Shown piece by piece: positions 1-11,532 of a DNA stretch of 64,000 nt (positions within the stretch are counted from its first letter, which is position 1; each line of letters starts with the position of its first letter). The position numbers were made by a program, and so were the translations under genes. Location: contig OY843751.1 of the NCBI GenBank assembly GCA_963693055.1, positions 32,001 to 96,000 of the forward strand. Direction: 5' to 3'. The stretch is from a bacterium. GTDB taxonomy: Bacteria; Zhuqueibacterota; Zhuqueibacteria; Residuimicrobiales; Krinioviventaceae. Below the pieces are notes generated by a model that saw only the letters and a program-made list of their open reading frames with translations, ran no database searches and had not been told where the DNA came from.

Positions 1-1
1 T

Positions 2-871
2 CTTATTAAAAAAGAAGCAGAATTGTTGGGTTCTACACTTACTGATGCTCAGGTGCAGGTAGGTGGCGGCGGACAAAACAGTTTTAATGCTGGTGAAGCC
101 GAAGTTCATATGGAACTGAACAATGAAGGAACCAAAACTTTTGCACGTGTTACCGGTATGAATGTTGGCAAATTCCTGGCAATTGTATTGGATAACAAGG
201 TTGCATCAGCTCCCAGAATTAAGGAAAAAATTCCTTCAGGAAGTGCTAGAATTGAAGTTGGTAATATGGATGAAGCTAAAGATTTAGCATTGACCTTGCG
301 TGCCGGTGCTTTACCTGCTCCTATTCATGTTATTACAGAAAATACAGTAGGGCCTTCTTTGGGACATGATTCCATTAAAAAAGGTCAGAATTCTGCATTA
401 ATCGGAATATTGCTGGTAATTCTTTTTATGATTTTTTATTATCGGGCCTCTGGAATTATTGCGGATTTTGCACTTTTATTAAATATTGTATTTGTTATGG
501 CAGTTATTGCAAGTTTTCATGCTACGTTGACCCTGCCGGGTATTGCCGGAATTATTTTGACAGTAGGTATGGCGGTTGACGCAAATGTGTTGATTTTTGA
601 AAGAATTAGAGAAGAAATCAAGACCGGTAAAACCATAAGGGCTTCTATAGATAGTGGTTATAGCCGTGCATTTTCTACCATTTTAGATGCCAATATTACA
701 ACATTGATCACCGCGGTTGCGTTGTATAGCTTTGGTACCGGTCCCATTAAGGGATTTGCATTGACGTTGTCTATCGGTATTTTGGCAAGTATGTTTACCG
801 CCATTGTTGTTACCCGGTTGATTTTTGATTTAATTACGTCACGTTATGCTGTTAAAAAGTTGAGTATTTAA
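2..871 (+). CDS. secD: Protein translocase subunit SecD (5' end outside window)
   Basis: LRAGALPAP, VGPSLG, TLTLPGIAGIILTVGMAVDANVLIFERIREE, ILDANITTLI, GPIKGFA; followed by secF. Confidence 0.97.
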   Translation, partial: LIKKEAELLGSTLTDAQVQVGGGGQNSFNAGEAEVHMELNNEGTKTFARVTGMNVGKFLAIVLDNKVASAPRIKEKIPSGSARIEVGNMDEAKDLALTLRAGALPAPIHVITENTVGPSLGHDSIKKGQNSALIGILLVILFMIFYYRASGIIADFALLLNIVFVMAVIASFHATLTLPGIAGIILTVGMAVDANVLIFERIREEIKTGKTIRASIDSGYSRAFSTILDANITTLITAVALYSFGTGPIKGFALTLSIGILASMFTAIVVTRLIFDLITSRYAVKKLSI

Positions 872-895
872 TAATTCTGAGGAGATGGAAGCAGA

Positions 896-1807
896 ATGCA
901 ATTTTTTAAAGAATTACAAAACCTGAAAATTATTCCCAATAGAAAATATGCTTATATTTTCTCTGGGGTATTGATCCTGATCAGCTTCTTTTCATTGTTT
1001 TTACATAAAGGCCCCCAGTATGGTATCGACTTTACGGGTGGTACATCATTACAGTTGAAATTTGAAAAAACAGTTGCCCCCGGTGAACTCCGAGAATCGT
1101 TAAGCGGCATCGGGTTTGGCAGAGCGGAAATTAAGCGGATTGGTTTACCCAAAGATAACGAGTTTATCATTCGTGTTGAACAGTTGGAAGAAGGCGCAGA
1201 AGCCGCTACTGTTATGGAGACTAAATTGACCCAAGATTTTCCTGATAATGCATATGACATCCGTGCAGTGACGGAGATTGGCCCCAAAATTGGTAGCGAG
1301 TTGCGTACTGCAGCCATTTTGGCGATTTTGTTTTCACTGGCCGGTATTCTGGTTTATATCAGTTTCCGTTTCGAATTCAAATACGCGGTTGCCGCGGTTG
1401 CCGCACTTTTCCATGATGTGTTTATCACACTTGGAATCTTTTCACTGTTGAATTTTGAAATATCACTTGCTGTTGTTGCGGCGTTTTTAACAATTGTGGG
1501 TTATTCATTGAATGATACCATTGTTGTTTTTGACAGAATCCGTGAGAATTTGAAAATTCTGCGTCGTGAAAATTTTGATAATCTGGTAAATATCAGTTTG
1601 AACCAAACGTTGAGCCGTACTATCATTACTTCATTAACAACCTTGATTGTAGTATTAGTACTCTATATTTTGGGTGGTGAAGTAATACACAGTTTTGCCT
1701 TTGCATTAATTATTGGTGTGCTCATTGGTACGTATTCTTCTCTGTTTGTGGCAAGTCCTATTGTTGTGGAATGGCAAAATCGTACTGCTGACAAAAAGAG
1801 AAAGTAA
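896..1807 (+). CDS. secF: Protein translocase subunit SecF
   Basis: GIDFTGGT, IGPKIG, HDV, GYSLNDTIVVFDRIRE, QTLSRTI, GTYSS. Confidence 0.97.
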   Translation: MQFFKELQNLKIIPNRKYAYIFSGVLILISFFSLFLHKGPQYGIDFTGGTSLQLKFEKTVAPGELRESLSGIGFGRAEIKRIGLPKDNEFIIRVEQLEEGAEAATVMETKLTQDFPDNAYDIRAVTEIGPKIGSELRTAAILAILFSLAGILVYISFRFEFKYAVAAVAALFHDVFITLGIFSLLNFEISLAVVAAFLTIVGYSLNDTIVVFDRIRENLKILRRENFDNLVNISLNQTLSRTIITSLTTLIVVLVLYILGGEVIHSFAFALIIGVLIGTYSSLFVASPIVVEWQNRTADKKRK

Positions 1808-1845
1808 GAACCTTCCATGCAGTATTAACGGATTGGGAGATTATT

Positions 1846-2187
1846 ATGGAAATTATTGAACATTTAGAAAACGATATTATTATTTTAGATTTGTCTGGCA
1901 AGATAATGGGTGGTCCGGATGCGGCAGCTTTGAACGACAAGCTTCACGAGTTGATTGAAGCCGGTAAAACAAGAGTTGTTGCTGATTTGTCTGAAGTGAA
2001 TTGGATGAACAGCAGCGGTCTAGGGATTTTAATCAGCGCTTTGACGACAATCCGAAATGCAGGTGGCGACTTGAAGCTTGCTTCTGTTACGGAGCGGGTT
2101 AAAAGTCTGCTCAAGATAACAAAACTCTTGTCCGTGTTTAATGTTTATGAAAATACAGGCGAGGCCATCGCCAGCTTTAATAATTAG
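1846..2187 (+). CDS. STAS-domain anti-sigma factor antagonist (RsbV/SpoIIAA-like)
   Basis: 113 aa; DLSEVNWMNSSGLGIL motif; GGGAG RBS. Confidence 0.9.
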   Translation: MEIIEHLENDIIILDLSGKIMGGPDAAALNDKLHELIEAGKTRVVADLSEVNWMNSSGLGILISALTTIRNAGGDLKLASVTERVKSLLKITKLLSVFNVYENTGEAIASFNN

Positions 2188-2205
2188 CAAGATTTAAATG
2201 TTAAC

Positions 2206-3919
<1,714 letters not shown>

Positions 3920-3920
3920 A

Positions 3921-6230
3921 TTATTTCCCCTCTACAGTTTCATGATCTAACAATTTACGAATTACAAACGCAATTTCTTTCATAAAGATTGGTTTCATAA
4001 TAAACTCATGAATGCCAATTTTTTTTGCTTTTTCTTCGGAAATTACTTCACTAAACCCTGTACATAATACAATAGGAATTTCTGGTCTGATTTCCAATAT
4101 TTTTTTTGCAAGTTCGGCGCCGGTTAATGAGGGCATGGTTTGGTCTGTGATGATTAGATCAAAATCATAGGGGTGTTGTTCAAACAATTCCAGCGCTTCG
4201 GTACTATTTGACTTGGCAATCACGTTGTAACCCAATTGTTCAAGCATTTCCTGGCCAATCTCAACAAGCGTTACTTCATCGTCAACAAATAAAATATTTT
4301 CTGAACCATGGGGAAGGATAGAATCCTGTTCTTCTTTTTCTTCAGAGGCCTCTTCAATTCTAGGAAGGAATATATTAAACGTTGTACCTTTACCTATTTC
4401 ACTGTAAACGGAAATATCTCCATTATGACTTTTTACAATACCATGAACCACTGATAATCCCATACCGGTACCTTCGCCGGGTTTTTTTGTTGTAAAATAG
4501 GGCTCAAAAATTCTTTCAGAGATTTCCGGCGCCATGCCATGTCCACTATCTGTGACCGATAGCTTGATAAAGGGACCAGCGGAAAGACCGTGATAATGAT
4601 TTGCATCTCTGGGGGTGATTTCTATTTCAGACATGCTGACTTCAAGAATTCCCCCGCTGTGGCGCATTGCGTGGGCTGCATTGGTACATAAATTCATGAT
4701 CAATTGATGGATCTGTGTGGGATCTGCAAATACCAGGCTTTTATGTGATCTGATGTTTTGACGTATCTCTATAGTTGTGGGGAGTGAAGCACGTAACAGC
4801 TTTAATACTTCTTTAATGATCAGGCTGATCTGTAAGGGTTTAACTTCCTGCTGGCCCTGACGGCTGAATGCCAAAATTTGTTTGATCAGGTCTTTTGCTC
4901 GATAGCCGGCTTGCAAGACCTGCTGCAAGTGTTTATAAAGCTTAGAGTCTTCCTGGAGATCTCTTTGTGACAATTCGGTATAGCCAAGAATAGCCGCAAG
5001 AATATTGTTAAAGTCGTGAGCAATTCCACCGGCCAGGGTACCAATGGCTTCCATTTTTTGGGCCTGGCGTAGTTGTTTTTCCATTTTTACTTCATTGGTA
5101 ACATCACGTTTTACCGCCACGTAATTGGTAATGGAGCCCCTGGTGTTTCTGATTGGAGATATGGTTACCTCATCTTCGTAAACCGTACCATCTTTTTTCT
5201 GGTTAAAGATGTGACCGTTCCAAATATCACCGCTGAGTATGGTTTTCCACATGTCTGTGAAAAAGGATTTATCATGTTTTTGGCTGTTAAAAATTCTGCA
5301 ATTTTGGTTTAAAAGCTCTTTTCTTGAAAAACCGGTTATACGCTCAACAACGGGATTAACATATTGTATATTGGCATTGGTATCTGTTATTACAATACAT
5401 TCTGCAACCTGTTCAAAGGCTGTTGCTAGGCGAATCAGTTCATTTTCAGCTTTGGTCCTTTCGGTAACGTCTAGCAGAAATCCTATAACACCCGTAATTT
5501 TTTTGGTTTCGTTTCTAAGGGGTGACAACGTAATATCCAGCCAAAATTCACCTTTGGGTAGCTTTATCAAAAAAGTATCATTAATTGTTTCACCGGTATC
5601 AAATACATTGTGGATCTGGGTGATTCTGTTGATTGCATCTTTGGGTGAGTAATAAGAAGACAGAGATTTGCCAACCAGCATATCGGCACTGATTCCGTAA
5701 TGCTCATATATTTGTGGACTAACCCATGCTTGTGTATAAACGCCATCGTAATCATAAACGACTATCATTGCGTTTTGCATGGAACTTAAAATGCTTTCAA
5801 ATTGTTGAATATACTTTTTGTATACTGTTTGTTCGTGTTCTTTGTGGGAAAGAGTGTTTTTGTGGATCAATGCATTACGTACAATTCGGGGCATGCGGGC
5901 AAGATTGTCTTTTAAAACATAATCCCAGGCACCGTTTTGAATGCATTGGATTGCTGTTTGCTCGTCCAGATCGCCTGTTACAATAATTAATGGAATTGTA
6001 GGTTTTAGCGATTGGACCAAGTCAATTGCATCCAGGCCAGTTAAATTCGGCAAGTTAAAATCAGACAAAACCAGGTCGGGTCTGTATTCTTTTAACGCAT
6101 TAACAAAGTCAATTTTATTATCAACCGCAAAAGAGGTAAACGGTATTTCGTCTTTGTTCAGCTCTCGGATAATCAATTCAGTGTCGGTTTCGGAATCGTC
6201 CAGTATCAGTATGCGGACCGGTTCTGTCAT
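3921..6230 (-). CDS. Hybrid sensor histidine kinase (REC-PAS-PAS-HisKA-HATPase-REC)
   Basis: N-terminal REC, two PAS/PAC, GGIAHDFNNIL H-box, NLCTNAAHAM, FEPYFTTK, GTGMGL, C-terminal REC; no obvious TM segment. Confidence 0.95.
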   Translation of the reverse strand: MTEPVRILILDDSETDTELIIRELNKDEIPFTSFAVDNKIDFVNALKEYRPDLVLSDFNLPNLTGLDAIDLVQSLKPTIPLIIVTGDLDEQTAIQCIQNGAWDYVLKDNLARMPRIVRNALIHKNTLSHKEHEQTVYKKYIQQFESILSSMQNAMIVVYDYDGVYTQAWVSPQIYEHYGISADMLVGKSLSSYYSPKDAINRITQIHNVFDTGETINDTFLIKLPKGEFWLDITLSPLRNETKKITGVIGFLLDVTERTKAENELIRLATAFEQVAECIVITDTNANIQYVNPVVERITGFSRKELLNQNCRIFNSQKHDKSFFTDMWKTILSGDIWNGHIFNQKKDGTVYEDEVTISPIRNTRGSITNYVAVKRDVTNEVKMEKQLRQAQKMEAIGTLAGGIAHDFNNILAAILGYTELSQRDLQEDSKLYKHLQQVLQAGYRAKDLIKQILAFSRQGQQEVKPLQISLIIKEVLKLLRASLPTTIEIRQNIRSHKSLVFADPTQIHQLIMNLCTNAAHAMRHSGGILEVSMSEIEITPRDANHYHGLSAGPFIKLSVTDSGHGMAPEISERIFEPYFTTKKPGEGTGMGLSVVHGIVKSHNGDISVYSEIGKGTTFNIFLPRIEEASEEKEEQDSILPHGSENILFVDDEVTLVEIGQEMLEQLGYNVIAKSNSTEALELFEQHPYDFDLIITDQTMPSLTGAELAKKILEIRPEIPIVLCTGFSEVISEEKAKKIGIHEFIMKPIFMKEIAFVIRKLLDHETVEGK

Positions 6231-6436
6231 CTACTCCTCAAAATTTTTCGCTCCAGAAATGCAACCTTTTGCAATAGTGCTGGAATGTTTATATTGAAAA
6301 TATTATATTCTTTCAGATCAAGTACATAAAGTAATGAAAAGTATGTGTACAAATCAAGTGATTTTCTTGAAAAGTGAAATCAATTTCAGCGAATTTTGTG
6401 TTTTATTTATTAAATTTAACATAAGGAAGAAAAGTT

Positions 6437-7687
6437 ATGGCAAAACTGATTCCATTTAAAGGATTAAGACCTGCTCAGCAGATTGCTGCAAAAGTGGCCT
6501 CACTACCTTATGATGTATTGGATTCGAATGAAGCACGGATTATGGCTCAAGATAATCCGAAAAGTTTTTTACATGTAATTAAACCGGAAATAGATCTGGA
6601 TCCCGGTATTTCTCAGTATGACCAGCAAGTTTATGACAAGGGTAAAAGTAACCTCACCGCATTTATAAATGACGGTACCCTGATTCAGGATGAAAAGCCT
6701 TGTTATTATATATATAAACAAATTATGGGTGACCACGAACAAACCGGACTTGTAGCCTGTGCGTCTGTAGAAGAGTATATGAACAATATTGTGAAAAAGC
6801 ACGAGCATACACGTCCTGATAAAGTGAACGATCGTGTGAATTTAATGTTGGCATTGGAAGCGCAGACGGGCCCCATTTTTTTAGCATATAAACAAAATGA
6901 CAAAGTCAGATCATTGATCCAGGCAGCAATGGAAACCGAACCAGTTTATGACTTTACAAGCCATTTTGATATTCGACATATCTTTTATCTGGTTAATGAT
7001 GAAAAACAGGTCAGTGAAATCAAAGCTGCGTTTGATAATATACCTGTATTGTATATTGCGGATGGTCACCATCGTTCCGAAGGTGCTGCCGAGTATTGTA
7101 AACGCATGCGAGCAGAGAATCCCGATTTTACAGGAAATGAAGAATTTAATTTTTTTCTCACGGTGAGTTTTCCTGAGGATGAATTGTTGATATTGCCCTA
7201 TAACCGGGTTGTTAAAGATCTGAATGGTAATACTGCAGCTGAATTGTTGGAGAAAATTAAATCCGCTGGTTTTGTTTTTGAACCTTTCAGCGGAGATTTT
7301 AAAGGTCCTGAAAGCAAAAACAGTTTTGGTGTTTACCTTGAAGGCAAATGGCATTTGATTTCCGCAAACGAGTCCATGATGACCGGCAGAGATGAAGTAG
7401 GCCGTTTGGATGTGGCGTTGCTGCAGGATCTGGTTTTGAATCCCATGTTGAACATTCAGGACCCCCGTACCGATACCCGTATTAAATTTGTGGGTGGACT
7501 GGACTGTATTCAGACGCTTGAAAAACTGGTCAACAGTGGAGATTTTGCAGTAGCTTTTGCATTGTATCCTACCCAGATGGGACAGGTGATGGATGTTGCG
7601 GACGCAGGCATGGTAATGCCACCCAAGTCCACCTGGTTTGAACCCAAACTGCTGAGTGGAATGGTTACACACATGTTGGGTGAATAA
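6437..7687 (+). CDS. DUF1015 family protein
   Basis: LPYDV, KKHEHT, YIADGHHR, MPPKSTWFEPKL. Confidence 0.9.
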   Translation: MAKLIPFKGLRPAQQIAAKVASLPYDVLDSNEARIMAQDNPKSFLHVIKPEIDLDPGISQYDQQVYDKGKSNLTAFINDGTLIQDEKPCYYIYKQIMGDHEQTGLVACASVEEYMNNIVKKHEHTRPDKVNDRVNLMLALEAQTGPIFLAYKQNDKVRSLIQAAMETEPVYDFTSHFDIRHIFYLVNDEKQVSEIKAAFDNIPVLYIADGHHRSEGAAEYCKRMRAENPDFTGNEEFNFFLTVSFPEDELLILPYNRVVKDLNGNTAAELLEKIKSAGFVFEPFSGDFKGPESKNSFGVYLEGKWHLISANESMMTGRDEVGRLDVALLQDLVLNPMLNIQDPRTDTRIKFVGGLDCIQTLEKLVNSGDFAVAFALYPTQMGQVMDVADAGMVMPPKSTWFEPKLLSGMVTHMLGE

Positions 7688-8448
7688 TGGTCTCGGTAAT
7701 TCCCCTGGCAATGAAAATGCCCAACTTTGGCGGCCGTAAAGTCAATATGTGGCTGATGGCCGCTGTTATCAAATCCCCGGATGCGACCATTCTGGTGGAT
7801 ACCGGATATGTGGGGCATGATGATATTTTCAAACAACTGGATTCGGTGGGGCTTGGGGTTGAGGATATAGATATTGTTCTCAATACCCATGTGCACCCGG
7901 ACCATGCGGGCAACAATCCGGCATTCAAAAACGCGCGCATAGTGCTTAGCAAAACCGATTATGATTTTACGCGCGAGTTTTCTGCAGCAATTTTAGAGAC
8001 GAACGATCCGTTGTCCGTATTTTTAAAATATTTCCCCGAGTATACCTCCAAACAGGCGGAACGCCATGCAGTTTCAGCCCAGCGCACAGCCGAACGGTTC
8101 TGGAACATTCAGGGGATTGGTCCTGCTGACAAGATCGAATGGATTGAAGACGATCCTGATTTGCCAGAGTATTTAGAGTTCTGGTCCACACCCGGTCACA
8201 CACCGGGGCACTATTCTGTGCTGATAAAAGGGGAAACCCGAAATATGCTGCTGGCAGGGGATGCCATGCCGAGCAGGTTGTTCTGGAAGCGAAATCTGCG
8301 CGAGACCGTACCGCGTTACAACTCGGATTCGTATGTGACCAGCAAAGCCCGCATTGAAGACTTTGAAGGGATCATTATGGGTGGGCATGATCTGCCTTTT
8401 GATACGGCAACTAAAAAGTATGTTGAGGATGGGAAAGTTGTGTTATAG
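7687..8448 (+). CDS. Metallo-beta-lactamase-fold hydrolase
   Basis: THVHPDHAG, TPGHTPGH, AGD, GGHD; 1-bp overlap with the DUF1015 gene. Confidence 0.9.
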   Translation: MVSVIPLAMKMPNFGGRKVNMWLMAAVIKSPDATILVDTGYVGHDDIFKQLDSVGLGVEDIDIVLNTHVHPDHAGNNPAFKNARIVLSKTDYDFTREFSAAILETNDPLSVFLKYFPEYTSKQAERHAVSAQRTAERFWNIQGIGPADKIEWIEDDPDLPEYLEFWSTPGHTPGHYSVLIKGETRNMLLAGDAMPSRLFWKRNLRETVPRYNSDSYVTSKARIEDFEGIIMGGHDLPFDTATKKYVEDGKVVL

Positions 8449-8472
8449 CTGTGATTGATAAAGGATAAATAT

Positions 8473-8523
8473 TAACCACAAATGAATCCGCCAGCAAGCG
8501 GACAAGCACAGCGGAACACAAAT
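8473..8523. repeat. REP-like palindromic element
   Basis: TCCGC-CAGCAA-GCGGA hairpin inside ACACAAAT-type repeats; related hairpins at 34595 and 37125. Confidence 0.5.
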
Positions 8524-8543
8524 TTAAACATTATTTATTTTCA

Positions 8544-9242
8544 TTGAGAAGTACGGGTGGTTCATATTTAACAAAGGGGAGAACCCTGAAAAAAATCCAG
8601 ATTTTTTTACTATTATTTCTAGCTGTTTCTCAATGTGCGTTTGGCAATACGCGCTGGGGGTTGACTGCCGGTGTGAATGTTTCACGATTTTATGATATAC
8701 ATACTGAAATGGAACCGGGATTTCATTTGGGATTCATACGAGAGAATTGTTTGGATACAGGAGCATTTACCAGTTATGGATTGATCTTTTCCAGCAAGCG
8801 AGCATTTGTATCCAACAAGTCAGTGGGAGGCTGGGCGAATTCTATTTATTTATGGGACATTGATGTTCAACTGCTTTATCTGCAAGTACCCATTTTGTAT
8901 AATTATCAGTTTTCTATGAATCAGCATCCTGTATTTGTTTCTGTGGGACCTGTTTTATCTTTGTGTTTAGCTGATTTTAGTGAAAAGGCCAAAAAAGAAC
9001 TGTTCTTTTCTTCCGCACCTCCAAACTATAAATATGATTATTATGATACATATGGTGAACAATTGTTTTATCCTCAAAAGAGTTCATCTTTTGGCTTTGA
9101 ACTGGGGATTGGCGCAAAAGTTGAAAACTTGACATATAAATTATTTTCTCATATTGATTTTACCAATGTCAATGAGATTAAAGGAATCAAGATCAATCAG
9201 CCCTTTATTAGTTTTGGTTTCCTGGTTATGTGGTTTTATTGA
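8544..9242 (+). CDS. Outer-membrane beta-barrel protein (PorT/porin-like); true start possibly CTG at 8586
   Basis: Signal peptide, GLTAGVNVS, YLQVPILY, alternating beta strands, aromatic C-terminus. Confidence 0.7.
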   Translation: MRSTGGSYLTKGRTLKKIQIFLLLFLAVSQCAFGNTRWGLTAGVNVSRFYDIHTEMEPGFHLGFIRENCLDTGAFTSYGLIFSSKRAFVSNKSVGGWANSIYLWDIDVQLLYLQVPILYNYQFSMNQHPVFVSVGPVLSLCLADFSEKAKKELFFSSAPPNYKYDYYDTYGEQLFYPQKSSSFGFELGIGAKVENLTYKLFSHIDFTNVNEIKGIKINQPFISFGFLVMWFY

Positions 9243-9342
9243 TTTAATCAATGGATTTGATTTACAGGTGCAAGCAATTTCTTTAAAGAGAGATCTGGAA
9301 TGTTGAGTAATGAATAGATTTTTATGAGAAATGTACCTTGTT

Positions 9343-9762
9343 CTAAATTCCCAGCAGGGGTAGATGCTTGACGCGGTGATATTCCAATGCTTTGCTGACG
9401 CACAATTTGATCTCGTTTTTCGGAATGTCATCATTCATATGAAATACTATTGCACGTTTGCCTTCATATGTGAACAGGTTCGGGAACAAGGTGCGAAACG
9501 TTTCAACCAGTTTTGTTTGGCAATGAAAATAGAGACAATAATAATCCGGATTGGTTTCTTTCCATCCCATTCTTACAGTACTGCCGATTTTTGTTAAATA
9601 GCTTGGCTCACCCCATTTCAGGTCCTCAATCAATTGTTCAACGCCCTCCAATGCTTCGGATGCTTCAATGATGAGCTGGCGGAGTTCCATTATTCTTTGT
9701 TGAATTTCAGGTGGGTATTTTTCAATTGTATGCAAGACGTTTGGATTGCTATTAAACTGCAA
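9343..9762 (-). CDS. DUF1801 family protein
   Basis: LKWGEPSY, GSTVRM, YFHCQTKLVETFR, EGKRAI, ALEYH; GGAGG RBS before TTG. Confidence 0.85.
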   Translation of the reverse strand: MQFNSNPNVLHTIEKYPPEIQQRIMELRQLIIEASEALEGVEQLIEDLKWGEPSYLTKIGSTVRMGWKETNPDYYCLYFHCQTKLVETFRTLFPNLFTYEGKRAIVFHMNDDIPKNEIKLCVSKALEYHRVKHLPLLGI

Positions 9763-9890
9763 AAGGACCTCCGGATTGTTTTAATGCAAGATTGTTAAAA
9801 CAATGGACCAGACTAAATTAATCCCGGGAGAGTGGAAGAAAAAATGCTGAAAAGATATAGGAAGGAAACACTGGTCAGCCCTTGCAGAAA

Positions 9891-9998
9891 ACTTGATCGC
9901 GATTGATATTCATGTATAGCGAGCTGGATATTAGATTGGGACGTTCGTCCCATAGCAGGTGCTCAGCAATGGTGGTTTCTTTTGAATTGCAGCCTTGG
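9891..9998. repeat. 108-bp direct repeat, copy 1
   Basis: 104/108 identical to 11425-11532 by manual alignment; internal hairpin TGGGACG-TT-CGTCCCA. Confidence 0.9.
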
Positions 9999-10021
9999 CC
10001 TTTTTAAAATATTTTGGAATA

Positions 10022-10051
10022 GGTTACAAGGCAGAGCCTTGTAACCAGTAG
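10022..10051. repeat. REP-like palindrome
   Basis: GGTTACAAGGC-AGA-GCCTTGTAACC followed by AGTAG. Confidence 0.65.
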
Positions 10052-10083
10052 GGAATAGTTTTTTACATGATTTCAGAATTCTA

Positions 10084-10112
10084 TTGACATATACTGTTTG
10101 TTTTCGTAATAT
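10084..10112 (+). promoter_or_regulatory. Sigma70-like promoter
   Basis: TTGACA-17 nt-TAATAT upstream of the 10249 gene. Confidence 0.55.
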
Positions 10113-10248
10113 CCAAAAGGGAAGCAAGTCTTTTTATTATTAAAAGTAAAAATTTTAATTATCGGGGCGACTCTCGGGGAAACGGCGCTGTTTCGGGTGA
10201 GACCAAAACTGATATTTTAGCAATTAGAATAAATATATAGAGGGGCAT

Positions 10249-11328
10249 ATGCAAAGGAATCTGTACTTGATTGTTTTAATTGTATTTGCGGTATCAATAC
10301 TATGTAAACGAATACCCACATTGCCGGAAACAGAGCCGGAACCCGGCAGCAGAAATTATATATGGGAACTGGATACTCTGAACTCACCCATGAATTATAT
10401 AAGTGCTGTTTGGGGAGCCACACCAAACGATGTATGGGCAGTTGGCGGTGGAGGAACGTATCAAGACAGGTTATGGCATTATGATGGTGTTGAATGGTCT
10501 ATTTATAACAAAGAAGCGATTAATGTAGGGGGTATGACCCTTTGGGGCACAGGTCCGAACAATGTTTGGATGGGCGGACAAGGCGGTTGGGGAGTAGAGG
10601 GGGCTGCGATTTGGCATTTTAATGGCAAAGAATGGAGCCAGTTCTATAATTATAAAGTTGATGGCGCTTATATAATTTCTATTGAAAAAATTTGGGGAAC
10701 ATCTGCTAACGATGTTTATGCTTGTGGAATAATTGATTTTAAAAAAGAGACTATTGATAACTGGCGTGGCTTTGTATTGCATTTTGATGGTAAAAAGTGG
10801 AAAGAAATTGTACGAGCAACCTTTAATTCTCAATTTTTAAAAATAAGGAAAAATGATAATAAAGTCATTGTACAATCTTATGCAATGGATTATAAAAGCA
10901 GCGCTCAAGATATAATAGCATTTTATCAAATAAGTGATAATAAACTTGATGAAATTTATTCAACAACGCTTAAAGATGTTTATTGGGCCAGTCTTCATGT
11001 TATTGATGGAATAACCTATTTTGTTGTTGGTGAGGAGGTATATTCATATCAAGGAGCAAAGATGATTGAGCAATTTACAGTACCAAATTCTGAATTTAAT
11101 TGTCAAATTTATGGCAGGAACAATCTTGATCTTTTTCTTAGTATGAAAGATGGTATCGCCCATTATAATGGAACAGATGTTGAATATATATATACTTATC
11201 CCAATGAAAGCATGGGCAACATAAATGATCCCATAATATTTAAAAATGAAATATTTTTTTGTGTGTTGAATCTTAATAGTACACCGGAAAATAGTAATTT
11301 AATTTTACATGGCAAGATTTTAAAATAA
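10249..11328 (+). CDS. Putative lipoprotein with beta-propeller-like 'WG.s.n.VW/..HyDG..W' repeats
   Basis: Signal peptide ending in Cys; repeated VWGATPNDVW/LWGTGPNNVW/IWGTSANDVY and HYDG/HFNG/HFDG; AT-rich. Confidence 0.7.
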   Translation: MQRNLYLIVLIVFAVSILCKRIPTLPETEPEPGSRNYIWELDTLNSPMNYISAVWGATPNDVWAVGGGGTYQDRLWHYDGVEWSIYNKEAINVGGMTLWGTGPNNVWMGGQGGWGVEGAAIWHFNGKEWSQFYNYKVDGAYIISIEKIWGTSANDVYACGIIDFKKETIDNWRGFVLHFDGKKWKEIVRATFNSQFLKIRKNDNKVIVQSYAMDYKSSAQDIIAFYQISDNKLDEIYSTTLKDVYWASLHVIDGITYFVVGEEVYSYQGAKMIEQFTVPNSEFNCQIYGRNNLDLFLSMKDGIAHYNGTDVEYIYTYPNESMGNINDPIIFKNEIFFCVLNLNSTPENSNLILHGKILK

Positions 11329-11424
11329 GGAGAATACTGCTAAACCATAAGAATAATTAATCGGAGACAGCGATTGCGGCGCTGTCTCCTGAATTTAGAA
11401 CAGCACACAGGTTGGCGCCCTAAT

Positions 11425-11532
11425 ACTTTATCGCGATTGATATTCATGTATAGCGAGCGGGATATTAGATTGGGACGTTCGTCCCATAGCAGATGATCAG
11501 CAATGGTGGTTTCTTTTGAATTGCAGCCTTGG
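11425..11532. repeat. 108-bp direct repeat, copy 2
   Basis: Matches 9891-9998; overlaps the 3' end of the BNR gene. Confidence 0.9.

Noticed and set aside
6911-7711. 266-aa antisense ORF (likewise 49799-50692, 61992-62615 and other nested ORFs)
   Set aside because: Shadow frames of well-supported genes with no recognisable motifs.
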